From assembly GCA_964612215.1 (NCBI GenBank), contig CAZTEW010000001.1:12432-76431 (forward strand): a DNA stretch of 64,000 nucleotides, written 5' to 3'. How positions within the stretch are numbered: the stretch's first letter is position 1; each line of letters starts with the position of its first letter. Position numbers and translations under genes: made by a program. Shown here piece after piece: positions 9,040 through 16,786 of the stretch. Source of the DNA: an uncultured Gammaproteobacteria bacterium (lineage in GTDB: Bacteria > Patescibacteriota > Microgenomatia > CAZTEW01). The notes under the pieces are model-generated. The model made no database searches and was not told the origin of the DNA. It was given only the letters and a program-made list of their open reading frames with translations.

Positions 9040-9607
9040 TTTTGATTCTGTTTAAAGAATCAGCGGCCGGTGTTGCTTCACTGGCGCTGACAGTAAACTC
9101 AATCAGGCCTGATTCTTTTTTCCTGACTTCTTCAAGATTAATTTTTTCTAACTGGAGCTTTTCTTTTAAGCCGGTGAGAAAATGATGAAAGCCGGCATCA
9201 GAAATGGAGGTGGCGCTAATTTGCCAGCCGCCTTTTTCGATTTTTAACTCTGTTAAAACAACGTCCAGGGGAATGATGACCGACAATTGCTGCAGCCGGC
9301 TGGCGGCCGGAATTTGTTCACCGCTTAAGCGGTTGATTTCATTAAGTCTTTGCTGCAGCCGGCGGAAATTGGTTTCTAAGTCTTCTAACGAGCCGACAAT
9401 CGCCTGTTGTTGTTTAATGGTTTCGCTCAAGTCCATCAATTCCCGGTCAAGCTTAAACCGGGAAAGAAAACAAACAATCACGATGAGTTCAGTAGTGATG
9501 ACAATCCAGCGGCCGACAGTCAGGGTCCAATGAAGCAACTTGCCTAAGGAAGTTTGTTCAAAAGTTTTGATAAAAAGCAAATTGATTTCTTTTTTCCAGA
9601 CAGCCAT
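9032..9607 (-). CDS. pilN: Type IV pilus assembly protein PilN-like
   Basis: 191 aa. N-terminus KKEINLLF matches the PilN INLLP motif. One TM, then periplasmic coiled coil. Confidence 0.55.
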   Translation of the reverse strand: MAVWKKEINLLFIKTFEQTSLGKLLHWTLTVGRWIVITTELIVIVCFLSRFKLDRELMDLSETIKQQQAIVGSLEDLETNFRRLQQRLNEINRLSGEQIPAASRLQQLSVIIPLDVVLTELKIEKGGWQISATSISDAGFHHFLTGLKEKLQLEKINLEEVRKKESGLIEFTVSASEATPAADSLNRIKNE

Positions 9608-9640
9608 ATATTTTCAGTATAGAAATTTTCCCGGGATTTG

Positions 9641-9868
9641 TCAAAGGGCAGCAAGTTGGCTTTTGCAGCGAGCCGCTTTGTTCTGATGGAGGATGCCTTT
9701 TTTCACCGCCCGGTCAAGCACCGCATAAGCCAATGCCAGGCTTTTTTTGTTTTTCTTAGCCTTAGCTTTTTTAATCGCCATTTTGACCTTGTTTTTAATC
9801 CGGAGATTAACTAATCTACGGCGCTGGTCTTTCCGCAGGGCTTTTTTCGCTGATTGAGTGATAGGCAT
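9641..9868 (-). CDS. rpsT: 30S ribosomal protein bS20
   Basis: 75 aa. MPITQSAKKALRKDQRRRLVNLRIKNKVK..KKGILHQNKAARCKSQLA is canonical S20. Confidence 0.85.
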   Translation of the reverse strand: MPITQSAKKALRKDQRRRLVNLRIKNKVKMAIKKAKAKKNKKSLALAYAVLDRAVKKGILHQNKAARCKSQLAAL

Positions 9869-9888
9869 AGATAAATTCTATCATCTTC

Positions 9889-9917
9889 TTGTTTAATTCA
9901 CAACCAGAGGCTATACT
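9889..9917 (+). promoter_or_regulatory. Sigma70-like promoter for murJ (TTGTTT-17-TATACT)
   Basis: ttgttt at 9889-9894, 17-nt spacer, tatact at 9912-9917, 11 nt before the murJ ATG. Confidence 0.35.
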
Positions 9918-9928
9918 AAAAATACAAA

Positions 9929-11647
9929 ATGGTTGCTAATTTCTTAGGTCGGCGGCAGACGAACATTTCTTCCGCTGCCGCCATTATCAGTTTAATGATT
10001 GCTTTTTCCCGAATTCTGGGCTTGATGCGCAATCGGGTTTTGGCCCATTTTTTCTCTTCCACCGAGCTGTCTCTTTATTTTGCCGCCTTTCGTTTGCCAG
10101 GGGCTGTTTTCGACATTTTAGTTTTCGGCGTCATTTCCGCCGCTTTTATTCCTACCTTTACTGCCTATCTGGCTAAAGATGAAGAAAAACAGGCCTGGCA
10201 AATTGCCAATGGAGTTTTAATTCTGGCGTTGCTGGTATTTTTAGTCCTCTCCGGCTTGATTTTTTTATTGGCGGCGCCTCTTTACCGCCGGATTATTCCT
10301 GGTTTTAGCCAGGAGCAAATTGACCAAGTGGTTTTCCTGGCCAGAATCTTAATTGTTTCCCAGGGATTTTTCCTGCTGTCTTACTTTTTGACCGGCATTT
10401 TGGAATCATGGCAGCGCTTTTTAGTGCCGGCGATTGCGCCGATTTTCTATAACCTGGGAATTATCGGCGGCACGGCTTTTTTGGCGCCGAAATTGGGATT
10501 AACAGGGTCGGTTTTAGGCGTCGTGGCCGGCGCTTTTTTTCATTTTATTATTCAATTGCCTCTAGCTTTCAACCTTGGCTTCCGGCCGCGGTTAATTTTT
10601 AATTTTTCCCAGCCCGGTTTGAAAAAGGTGGGTCGATTAGCCTGGCCGCGGATAATTGAGCTTTCTCTTTTAGAGCTGGCGAAAACCATTGAGCTTTTTT
10701 TTGCTTCTCTAGTTTCAGTCGGCGCCTATACTTGGTTGACTTTTGCCAATTCGCTGCAGCTCTTGCCGGTGGATCTTTTCGGCACCAGCTTGGCCAAAGC
10801 CACCCTACCGACCTTTTCTTCTTTAGCGGCCCGCGAGGAAAATGACCAGTTTAAAAAAGTTTTTCTTTCATCCTGGCAGCAAATTCTCTTTTTAACTTTG
10901 CCGGCGTCGGTTTTTCTGGTGGTTTTGCGGGTGCCGATCGTCCGGCTGGTTTTTGGTGCCGCCCGCTTTACCTGGGAATCAACTTTGGAGACCGGGTACA
11001 CTCTTTCGGTTTTTTGCCTGGCGATTTTTTCTCAGGCTTTAGTTTTACTGCTTAACCGCGCCTTTTATGCTTTTCAAGAAACAAAAACAGCCGTGAAAGT
11101 TTCGGTTTTTTCTACTTTAATCAATATTATTCTCAGCGGACTCTTGATCTTAATTTTAAAATTTCCCCTTTGGGGGCTGGCTTTGTCTTTTACCCTGGCT
11201 TCTTTATTGCAGTTTTTAATTCTTTTTCGGCTGCTGGCAAACAAACTGGGCGGCTTTAGCAAAGAAGAAACCCTAACTCCTTTTTTGAAGACCGCCTTAG
11301 CAGCTGTTGTTGCCGGCGGTCTGATGTTTTTTCTTTTGAAAATTTTTGACCGGTCGGTTTGGGATAAACGGCTGTCTTTTTTAAATTTTTTCGGCTTGAG
11401 ACTTTCCACCAGCCTGGAGAAATTCGTTCTCGATACCCGCTACACGACTAATCTCATATTATTAACGGCTTTAGTGGCCCTAGCAGGCGCCGGGGCTTAT
11501 TTAGGCTTAGCTTGGGTTTTGAAAATCAAGGCCTTAATGGTCTTTTTAAAAACCGATTACCGGCTGGCCGGAAGAAATTTCTTTAAAGAGCCAGACCGAG
11601 AAATAATAACAGCAACCCCGAAAGAAGGCTCAGAACCGTTGGTGTGA
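9929..11647 (+). CDS. murJ: Lipid II flippase MurJ (MviN)
   Basis: 572 aa, 14 TM helices. N-terminus SRILGLMRNRVLAHFFSSTELSLYFAAFRLPGAVFDI matches the MurJ signature. Confidence 0.85.
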   Translation: MVANFLGRRQTNISSAAAIISLMIAFSRILGLMRNRVLAHFFSSTELSLYFAAFRLPGAVFDILVFGVISAAFIPTFTAYLAKDEEKQAWQIANGVLILALLVFLVLSGLIFLLAAPLYRRIIPGFSQEQIDQVVFLARILIVSQGFFLLSYFLTGILESWQRFLVPAIAPIFYNLGIIGGTAFLAPKLGLTGSVLGVVAGAFFHFIIQLPLAFNLGFRPRLIFNFSQPGLKKVGRLAWPRIIELSLLELAKTIELFFASLVSVGAYTWLTFANSLQLLPVDLFGTSLAKATLPTFSSLAAREENDQFKKVFLSSWQQILFLTLPASVFLVVLRVPIVRLVFGAARFTWESTLETGYTLSVFCLAIFSQALVLLLNRAFYAFQETKTAVKVSVFSTLINIILSGLLILILKFPLWGLALSFTLASLLQFLILFRLLANKLGGFSKEETLTPFLKTALAAVVAGGLMFFLLKIFDRSVWDKRLSFLNFFGLRLSTSLEKFVLDTRYTTNLILLTALVALAGAGAYLGLAWVLKIKALMVFLKTDYRLAGRNFFKEPDREIITATPKEGSEPLV

Positions 11648-12686
11648 GAAAGCCGGTTGCCGGCAAGTCTTCAGCGTCGGCCACCGTGAAAGAGACCGAG
11701 TCAGTGGTGGTTTGGCCGCTGCTGTCAGTGGCAGTGACTGTGGCCGTATGGCTGCCGGTTTCCAATTCGCTGGGCGGCGTCCAAGACCAGTTGCCGGCCG
11801 CATCAGCATAGACCATGCCGGTGATCGGCGTTGATTGCACGGTGATGGTGATTTTCGCTCCGGGAGCCGCGGTGCCAGATAAAGTTGGCGGATTACTGCT
11901 GCTGGAAATACTGCTTAAGCTGACCGGATTACTGGAGGTTCCGCCACCAGAAGCGGTAGTCGGTGTTGCCGTCGGCGAGGCGCGAGTTGGCGTCGGCGTG
12001 TTAGTGGGTTCGCCAGCTGATTGAGTGGGTGTGGGAGTATTCGTTACTCCGGCTGATTCTGTCGGCGTGGCCGTGGCTTCTGGCGGTATGGTTGTTGGTG
12101 TCGCCGTGGCTGTTGCCCCACCGCCAATCGTGTAAGAGCCATTGCTCGTCGGCGTCAAAAGAATATCGACATTGTCAATCTTGCTTTGAATTTTGCTTTG
12201 TTGAGGATCGAAACTTAAAACCACCGGATTAACCGCCGGCACTTCATTAGCCACGAGATTAAAAGAAGCGAGTAAAGTATCGCTGGCAGCGGTAAAGCCT
12301 TCAGTGGTAATATTAGCGCAGGCGATATCAATTTCAACCTGACTGCCTGTTGGAGTAATGGTTTTCACCGGACACATCCAGTTGCCGCTCGTCAGAAAAG
12401 AAGGATTAATTTGTAGACTAGAAGCCGTTAGGTTGCCGCTCAACGGATAAGTAATCCGCACCGCAATCGAAGAAATGGGAATGCTGACTGGATTAAAATA
12501 GACGCTGACTGGAAATGATTGGCCGACTTCATAATTACCTGAAGCTGGCGAAAGAGAAACTAGGGCTGTGCCGCTTGGCGTCGAAGCTCTTTTTCTGATT
12601 TCCTGACGCTGTTTGACTAAATAAACCCCCAAAGGAATGGCGACAATGACCAAAATAATAAAGAGTAAAATGGCAATTTTTTTCAT
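11583..12686 (-). CDS. Surface protein: N-anchor, cohesin-like domain, PT linker, Ig-like domain, C-terminal LPATG-hydrophobic signal
   Basis: 367 aa. N-terminus MKKIAILLFIILVIVAIPLGVYLVKQRQEIRKRA. Cohesin-like beta-sandwich region identical to that of 13294..14712. C-terminus LPATGFLTPTVLSLLSGLLLLFLGLAL. Confidence 0.5.
   Translation of the reverse strand: MKKIAILLFIILVIVAIPLGVYLVKQRQEIRKRASTPSGTALVSLSPASGNYEVGQSFPVSVYFNPVSIPISSIAVRITYPLSGNLTASSLQINPSFLTSGNWMCPVKTITPTGSQVEIDIACANITTEGFTAASDTLLASFNLVANEVPAVNPVVLSFDPQQSKIQSKIDNVDILLTPTSNGSYTIGGGATATATPTTIPPEATATPTESAGVTNTPTPTQSAGEPTNTPTPTRASPTATPTTASGGGTSSNPVSLSSISSSSNPPTLSGTAAPGAKITITVQSTPITGMVYADAAGNWSWTPPSELETGSHTATVTATDSSGQTTTDSVSFTVADAEDLPATGFLTPTVLSLLSGLLLLFLGLAL
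12205..12605. repeat. Copy A of perfect 401-bp direct repeat (partner 14219..14619)
   Basis: Compared both stretches base by eye and they are identical. Boundaries set by flanking mismatches. Encodes the shared RKRASTPSGT..VLSFDP cohesin-like domain. Confidence 0.8.
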
Positions 12687-12689
12687 CGT

Positions 12690-13307
12690 TTATTTAATTT
12701 GGTAAATGCCTGTTAGAAAATTAAGCTTTACTTTTTGGTTATCTTTAGTTGTTAATTTAGTCTGTTGAGGATCAAAAGCTAGGATTAAATTTTCAATCGC
12801 CGCTTCGGCCGTCAATTCAATTGTGCCTAAAATATCTTCTCCGTTTAGTTGAAAACCAGTCAGGGTTGGGTTAACAGCCGCTAATTCAAGATTAACAGTT
12901 TTATTTTGCCAGTCAACCCAAACTTTATTGATTGGGTAGATCCAGCCCTGTTGCTGCCAGTCAGAATTAGGTTGAATTTTAGTGCTTTGGGGTTGTAAAG
13001 GCGGGATTTTATCAAAAGGATAACTTAAGTGAAGAGCAATGCCAGAAAGAGAAAGATTTTGACCGGTTAGTCTGATCTCCAAAGATAGGTTTTGATCAAC
13101 CACTAATTGACTGTTTTGAGGAACAAGAAAGAGACTGGCTTGAGTTTCTGTCGTCATTTGCTTTTCCGGCAAACTAGATTCCGTGACTGCTTGGTGGAAA
13201 GCTGGATTTTTTGTTCTCTGCAGATTGAGAAAAACTAGCCAGCTGCCTATCACTAATAAAATGATTAGACCAAATAAAAACAACTTTTTCATTTTATTGA
13301 TCTCCAA
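12690..13307 (-). CDS. Membrane-anchored single-domain protein (cohesin-like)
   Basis: 205 aa. N-terminal TM then LNLQRTKNP. Beta-rich domain ending LAFDPQQTKL, similar to the FDPQQSKI region of the neighbours. Confidence 0.4.
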   Translation of the reverse strand: MEINKMKKLFLFGLIILLVIGSWLVFLNLQRTKNPAFHQAVTESSLPEKQMTTETQASLFLVPQNSQLVVDQNLSLEIRLTGQNLSLSGIALHLSYPFDKIPPLQPQSTKIQPNSDWQQQGWIYPINKVWVDWQNKTVNLELAAVNPTLTGFQLNGEDILGTIELTAEAAIENLILAFDPQQTKLTTKDNQKVKLNFLTGIYQIK

Positions 13308-14712
13308 GTACAGTCAAGGCAGTATAGTTTAATAAAACAGCAGAGATATCATCAATTTCGATGAAACTATTAGCATTGACATCAAATTGCTGATTACTAG
13401 CGCTAACCGGCACTGATAGAGCCGTGTAAACGCCAATAACGGCGCCTACGTCATCAATGTCAAGCTGATTATCATTATTAAAGTCGCCGCTCTTAACTTC
13501 AATTGAATTCCAAGAAGCAGAGGCCTGATTATTGCTGGCTGTGAGAGTGATGTTGCCAAGTTTTTTTTGTAAATGACCGTTATCTTTAACAAGAACTTCA
13601 ACATTAACGCCACCAGCAGGGAAAGAGAGATTGGCCAGAGAAATAGGATTAACAGGTGCAAAAGAACTATGAGCGCCGCTTTGACAAATAACACTGGGAT
13701 AAACTTGACCAGACGGTCCTTTAAGAGTTACCCGGATAGATTTAGAAATTCCTTGTTGATTGATTCCTTGCATTCTGAAACCAAAAGAGAGCGTGGGAGC
13801 GTTAGTCGTGGCTTCAGCAATATTTGACAAATTAGAAATGTTGCCCGCAGTATCAATAGATTTAATGGCAAAATAGTATTTTGTTCCGGGATTAAGTCCA
13901 GAAACAGTAAATGTTTCAGCTTTTCCAGGGTTGCCTGGGATTGGTAATCCACTCACTGGTGTAGCGCTAGACCAATTAGTGTTAGTAATCACTGAAGTAG
14001 AATAGCGCAGGTCGTAAAGGTTGGCTTTTCCAGCTGGTCCTGCGTCAGCGGGAGCGGTCCAAGACAAACTTAAGGAGTTAAAGGAGACGTTAGTTATATT
14101 CAGATTAGTGATGGCGGCTGGCGGTGTCAAGTCTAGGTTAATTGTATATGAAGCAGCGGCTGGCGGTGTTAAGAGAATGTCTTGATTTTGAGCTTTGCTC
14201 ATGATTTTACTGGCGGCTGGATCAAAACTTAAAACCACCGGATTAACCGCCGGCACTTCATTAGCCACGAGATTAAAAGAAGCGAGTAAAGTATCGCTGG
14301 CAGCGGTAAAGCCTTCAGTGGTAATATTAGCGCAGGCGATATCAATTTCAACCTGACTGCCTGTTGGAGTAATGGTTTTCACCGGACACATCCAGTTGCC
14401 GCTCGTCAGAAAAGAAGGATTAATTTGTAGACTAGAAGCCGTTAGGTTGCCGCTCAACGGATAAGTAATCCGCACCGCAATCGAAGAAATGGGAATGCTG
14501 ACTGGATTAAAATAGACGCTGACTGGAAATGATTGGCCGACTTCATAATTACCTGAAGCTGGCGAAAGAGAAACTAGGGCTGTGCCGCTTGGCGTCGAAG
14601 CTCTTTTTCTGATTTCCTGCTTTTCTTGAGTAAGTTGAGAAGCAACAACCAAACCAATGATTAAAATTAAAAGAAAGAAAAAACCCAAAAGATATTTTTT
14701 CATTTTATTCAT
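13294..14712 (-). CDS. Surface protein: N-anchor, cohesin-like domain, FN3 domain, C-terminal type I dockerin
   Basis: 472 aa. N-terminus LTQEKQEIRKRASTPSG. FN3 LSLSWTAPAD..YYFAIKSIDTAGN. Dockerin repeats GDFNNDNQLDIDDVGAVIGVY and QFDVNANSFIEIDDISAVLLNY with Ca-binding D/N at positions 1, 3, 5, 9, 12. Confidence 0.55.
   Translation of the reverse strand: MNKMKKYLLGFFFLLILIIGLVVASQLTQEKQEIRKRASTPSGTALVSLSPASGNYEVGQSFPVSVYFNPVSIPISSIAVRITYPLSGNLTASSLQINPSFLTSGNWMCPVKTITPTGSQVEIDIACANITTEGFTAASDTLLASFNLVANEVPAVNPVVLSFDPAASKIMSKAQNQDILLTPPAAASYTINLDLTPPAAITNLNITNVSFNSLSLSWTAPADAGPAGKANLYDLRYSTSVITNTNWSSATPVSGLPIPGNPGKAETFTVSGLNPGTKYYFAIKSIDTAGNISNLSNIAEATTNAPTLSFGFRMQGINQQGISKSIRVTLKGPSGQVYPSVICQSGAHSSFAPVNPISLANLSFPAGGVNVEVLVKDNGHLQKKLGNITLTASNNQASASWNSIEVKSGDFNNDNQLDIDDVGAVIGVYTALSVPVSASNQQFDVNANSFIEIDDISAVLLNYTALTVLGDQ
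14219..14619. repeat. Copy B of perfect 401-bp direct repeat
   Basis: Identical to 12205..12605, offset 2014 bp. Confidence 0.8.
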
Positions 14713-15982
14713 CGCCAGGTATCACTAAAGCAGTATAATTTAATAAAATGCCAGAAACATCAGTGATATCAATCATATTATCACCATTAATATCAAATTG
14801 TCGAGTGCTGCCGCTCACCGGGACCGATAGAGCGGTGTAAACGCCAATGATGGCGCCAACATCGTCAATTGCAAGCTCGTTGTTGTTATTAAAATCACCG
14901 GCTTTGAGGATTTGTTCGGGCGCGTTGAGGAGAGCGGCTTGGCCGGCGGCGAGCTCGACTTGGCCGAGATTTTTTTGCAAATGAGCCCAGCCTTTGACGA
15001 AAACAGTATAAGCGCCGGGGTCAAGGTTATGGAGAGTGCCGACATAGACGCCGCTGCCGTCGTGACCGAACTCAAAATTATCAAAAATCTGATCGTTGCC
15101 ACTATTTGGTCGAAGAGTGACTTTAGCTGTTTTTACTCCTTTATCGCCATCAATGCCCTGAAATTTGATTTTAATCGTTAAATTGCCTTTTTGCGGTTCC
15201 TGGGTAGGCGTTGGGCTGGGAATTGGCGTGTTGGTCGGTGTCGGCGTGTTGGTCGGTACTGGCGTGGCGGTTGGGTTAGGCGTTGCTGTCGGCGTTGGTG
15301 TCGTTGTGGCGGTAGGCGTAGGTGTGTTCGTTGGTTCGCCGGCCGGAACAGCCTCAATGACAATCGCATCAGCGGTTCCCAAAATGTCTTCACCTGCCTG
15401 ACTAACAACATTGGTATCCGGCGTACTGCCTTGAATAACTGTTTCCTGGCAACTGGCATCAGCCGTACTGCGGAAGCAGAAACTAATCTTGCTGCTGCCT
15501 TCAGCCAGAGCTTTGAAAACAATAGTTGCTAAGGGATTGACGATGGTTTCAACAGGATCGGTAGCGCTATCAGCCATCCAATTAAAACCTAAAGCGCCAA
15601 AAGAAAGCATGCCGGTTTGATTGGCTTGAGCGATGACTGTGTCTTTATCAAAACTGCCATCTGCAAGAACCGGAGCAAAGGTTTTTAAGTTTGTGGTAAG
15701 GTTAGGCATAATATCCATTACTTGCAGTAAATTTTTATCAAAAGTTAATATGATATCAGCGGCAACGACACTTTGACCGCCAGGGTTAAGAATCAGATTA
15801 ACATCAAAATTGTTGCCAACTACTGGTTGAGTTTCGCCAGCTAAAACCAGTGCGGCGCTGTAGTTAACGGCTTTTTTTCTAATTTCTTGATGCTGCTGGA
15901 CAAGAATAGAAACAGTCACGAGAGCGGTTAAAAGCAGCAAAAAAGAAAAAATCGCCCACCAAGTTTTTCTGGTTATTTTCAT
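14705..15982 (-). CDS. Surface protein: N-anchor, cohesin-like domain, long PT linker, C-terminal type I dockerin
   Basis: 425 aa. N-terminus LVQQHQEIRKKA. PTNTPTPTATTTPTPTATP linker. Dockerin repeats GDFNNNNELAIDDVGAIIGVY and QFDINGDNMIDITDVSGILLNY. Confidence 0.55.
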   Translation of the reverse strand: MKITRKTWWAIFSFLLLLTALVTVSILVQQHQEIRKKAVNYSAALVLAGETQPVVGNNFDVNLILNPGGQSVVAADIILTFDKNLLQVMDIMPNLTTNLKTFAPVLADGSFDKDTVIAQANQTGMLSFGALGFNWMADSATDPVETIVNPLATIVFKALAEGSSKISFCFRSTADASCQETVIQGSTPDTNVVSQAGEDILGTADAIVIEAVPAGEPTNTPTPTATTTPTPTATPNPTATPVPTNTPTPTNTPIPSPTPTQEPQKGNLTIKIKFQGIDGDKGVKTAKVTLRPNSGNDQIFDNFEFGHDGSGVYVGTLHNLDPGAYTVFVKGWAHLQKNLGQVELAAGQAALLNAPEQILKAGDFNNNNELAIDDVGAIIGVYTALSVPVSGSTRQFDINGDNMIDITDVSGILLNYTALVIPGDE

Positions 15983-16030
15983 TTAATTTTCATCCTAAAG
16001 TAAAATTTGACTAAAGTCAACTCTTAGGAC

Positions 16031-16067
16031 TTGACAACAATTAGCAGTCGTGTTATGCTTCTGCTAA
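16031..16067 (+). promoter_or_regulatory. Promoter TTGACA-17-TATGCT overlapping a CIRCE-like inverted repeat (TTAGCAGTC-N9-TTCTGCTAA), the HrcA operator
   Basis: ttgaca at 16031-36, tatgct at 16054-59. Inverted repeat at 16041-16067 resembles the CIRCE consensus TTAGCACTC-N9-GAGTGCTAA (1 and 2 mismatches). Confidence 0.5.
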
Positions 16068-16069
16068 AG

Positions 16070-16786
16070 ATGCTTGATGACCGACAGAGAAAGATTTTAG
16101 GCGCTATTATTCAAGAATACACTGAAACCGGCGAGCCGGTAGGCAGCGCCATTCTTGACAAAAAATATAATCTGGGAGTTTCGCCAGCCACCATCAGAAA
16201 CGAAATGGTGGTTTTGAAAAAAGAAGGTTATTTAGAGCAGCCCCACACTTCTGCCGGCCGAAGACCGACCGCCATGGCTTTCCGCTTTTACATCAAAGAA
16301 TTAATGAAAGAAAAGGAGCTTTCGGTGGGTGAAGAGGTAGCGGTTAAGGAAAGAGTCTGGGATTATCGCCGGGAGCCGGAAAAATTATTTCGGGAAATCG
16401 CTAAGGCTTTAGCGCAAAGAACCAAATCCTTGGCAGTAGTGATGACTGACAACGGCGATCTTTATCATGCCGGCTATGCCAACATTCTGGAGATTCCTGA
16501 ATTCTACGACATTGATGTTACCAAAAGCGTTCTTTCTCTTTTGGATGAAGCCAGCCAGTTGACTAGTCTTTTTGCCAAATCTTTAAGCGAAGAACCGATC
16601 CGGGTTTTAATCGGTAATGATTTCGGTCTAGAGGCGTTGTCGTCCTGCAGCCTAGTTTTTGCTGATTTTAAAACCGGACAGGACAAAAGCGGCAAAGTAG
16701 GTGTCATCGGCTCCTGCCGTTCTGATTTTGCCTATGTCATTCCGGTTCTAAGATACTTTGTTAATTTAATTAAAGAGATGGGTTGA
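16070..16786 (+). CDS. hrcA: Heat-inducible transcriptional repressor HrcA (short form)
   Basis: MLDDRQRKILGAIIQEYTETGEPVGSAILDKKYNLGVSPATIRNEM is the HrcA N-terminal wHTH. Start placed at ATG 16070 rather than the track TTG at 16031 because the CIRCE/promoter occupies 16031-16067. Confidence 0.75.
   Translation: MLDDRQRKILGAIIQEYTETGEPVGSAILDKKYNLGVSPATIRNEMVVLKKEGYLEQPHTSAGRRPTAMAFRFYIKELMKEKELSVGEEVAVKERVWDYRREPEKLFREIAKALAQRTKSLAVVMTDNGDLYHAGYANILEIPEFYDIDVTKSVLSLLDEASQLTSLFAKSLSEEPIRVLIGNDFGLEALSSCSLVFADFKTGQDKSGKVGVIGSCRSDFAYVIPVLRYFVNLIKEMG

Noticed and set aside
11583-11647. 65-nt convergent overlap between the murJ 3' end and the surface-protein gene 3' end
   Set aside because: Plausibly real (both C-termini look native: MurJ EGSEPLV, partner LFLGLAL). 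Minor junction ambiguity only, not a separate feature.
16031-16069. TTG start at 16031 giving the MTTISSRVMLLLK extension of HrcA
   Set aside because: The interval is occupied by the -35/-10 boxes and the CIRCE-like operator. The HrcA family alignment begins at MLDDRQRKILG (16070).
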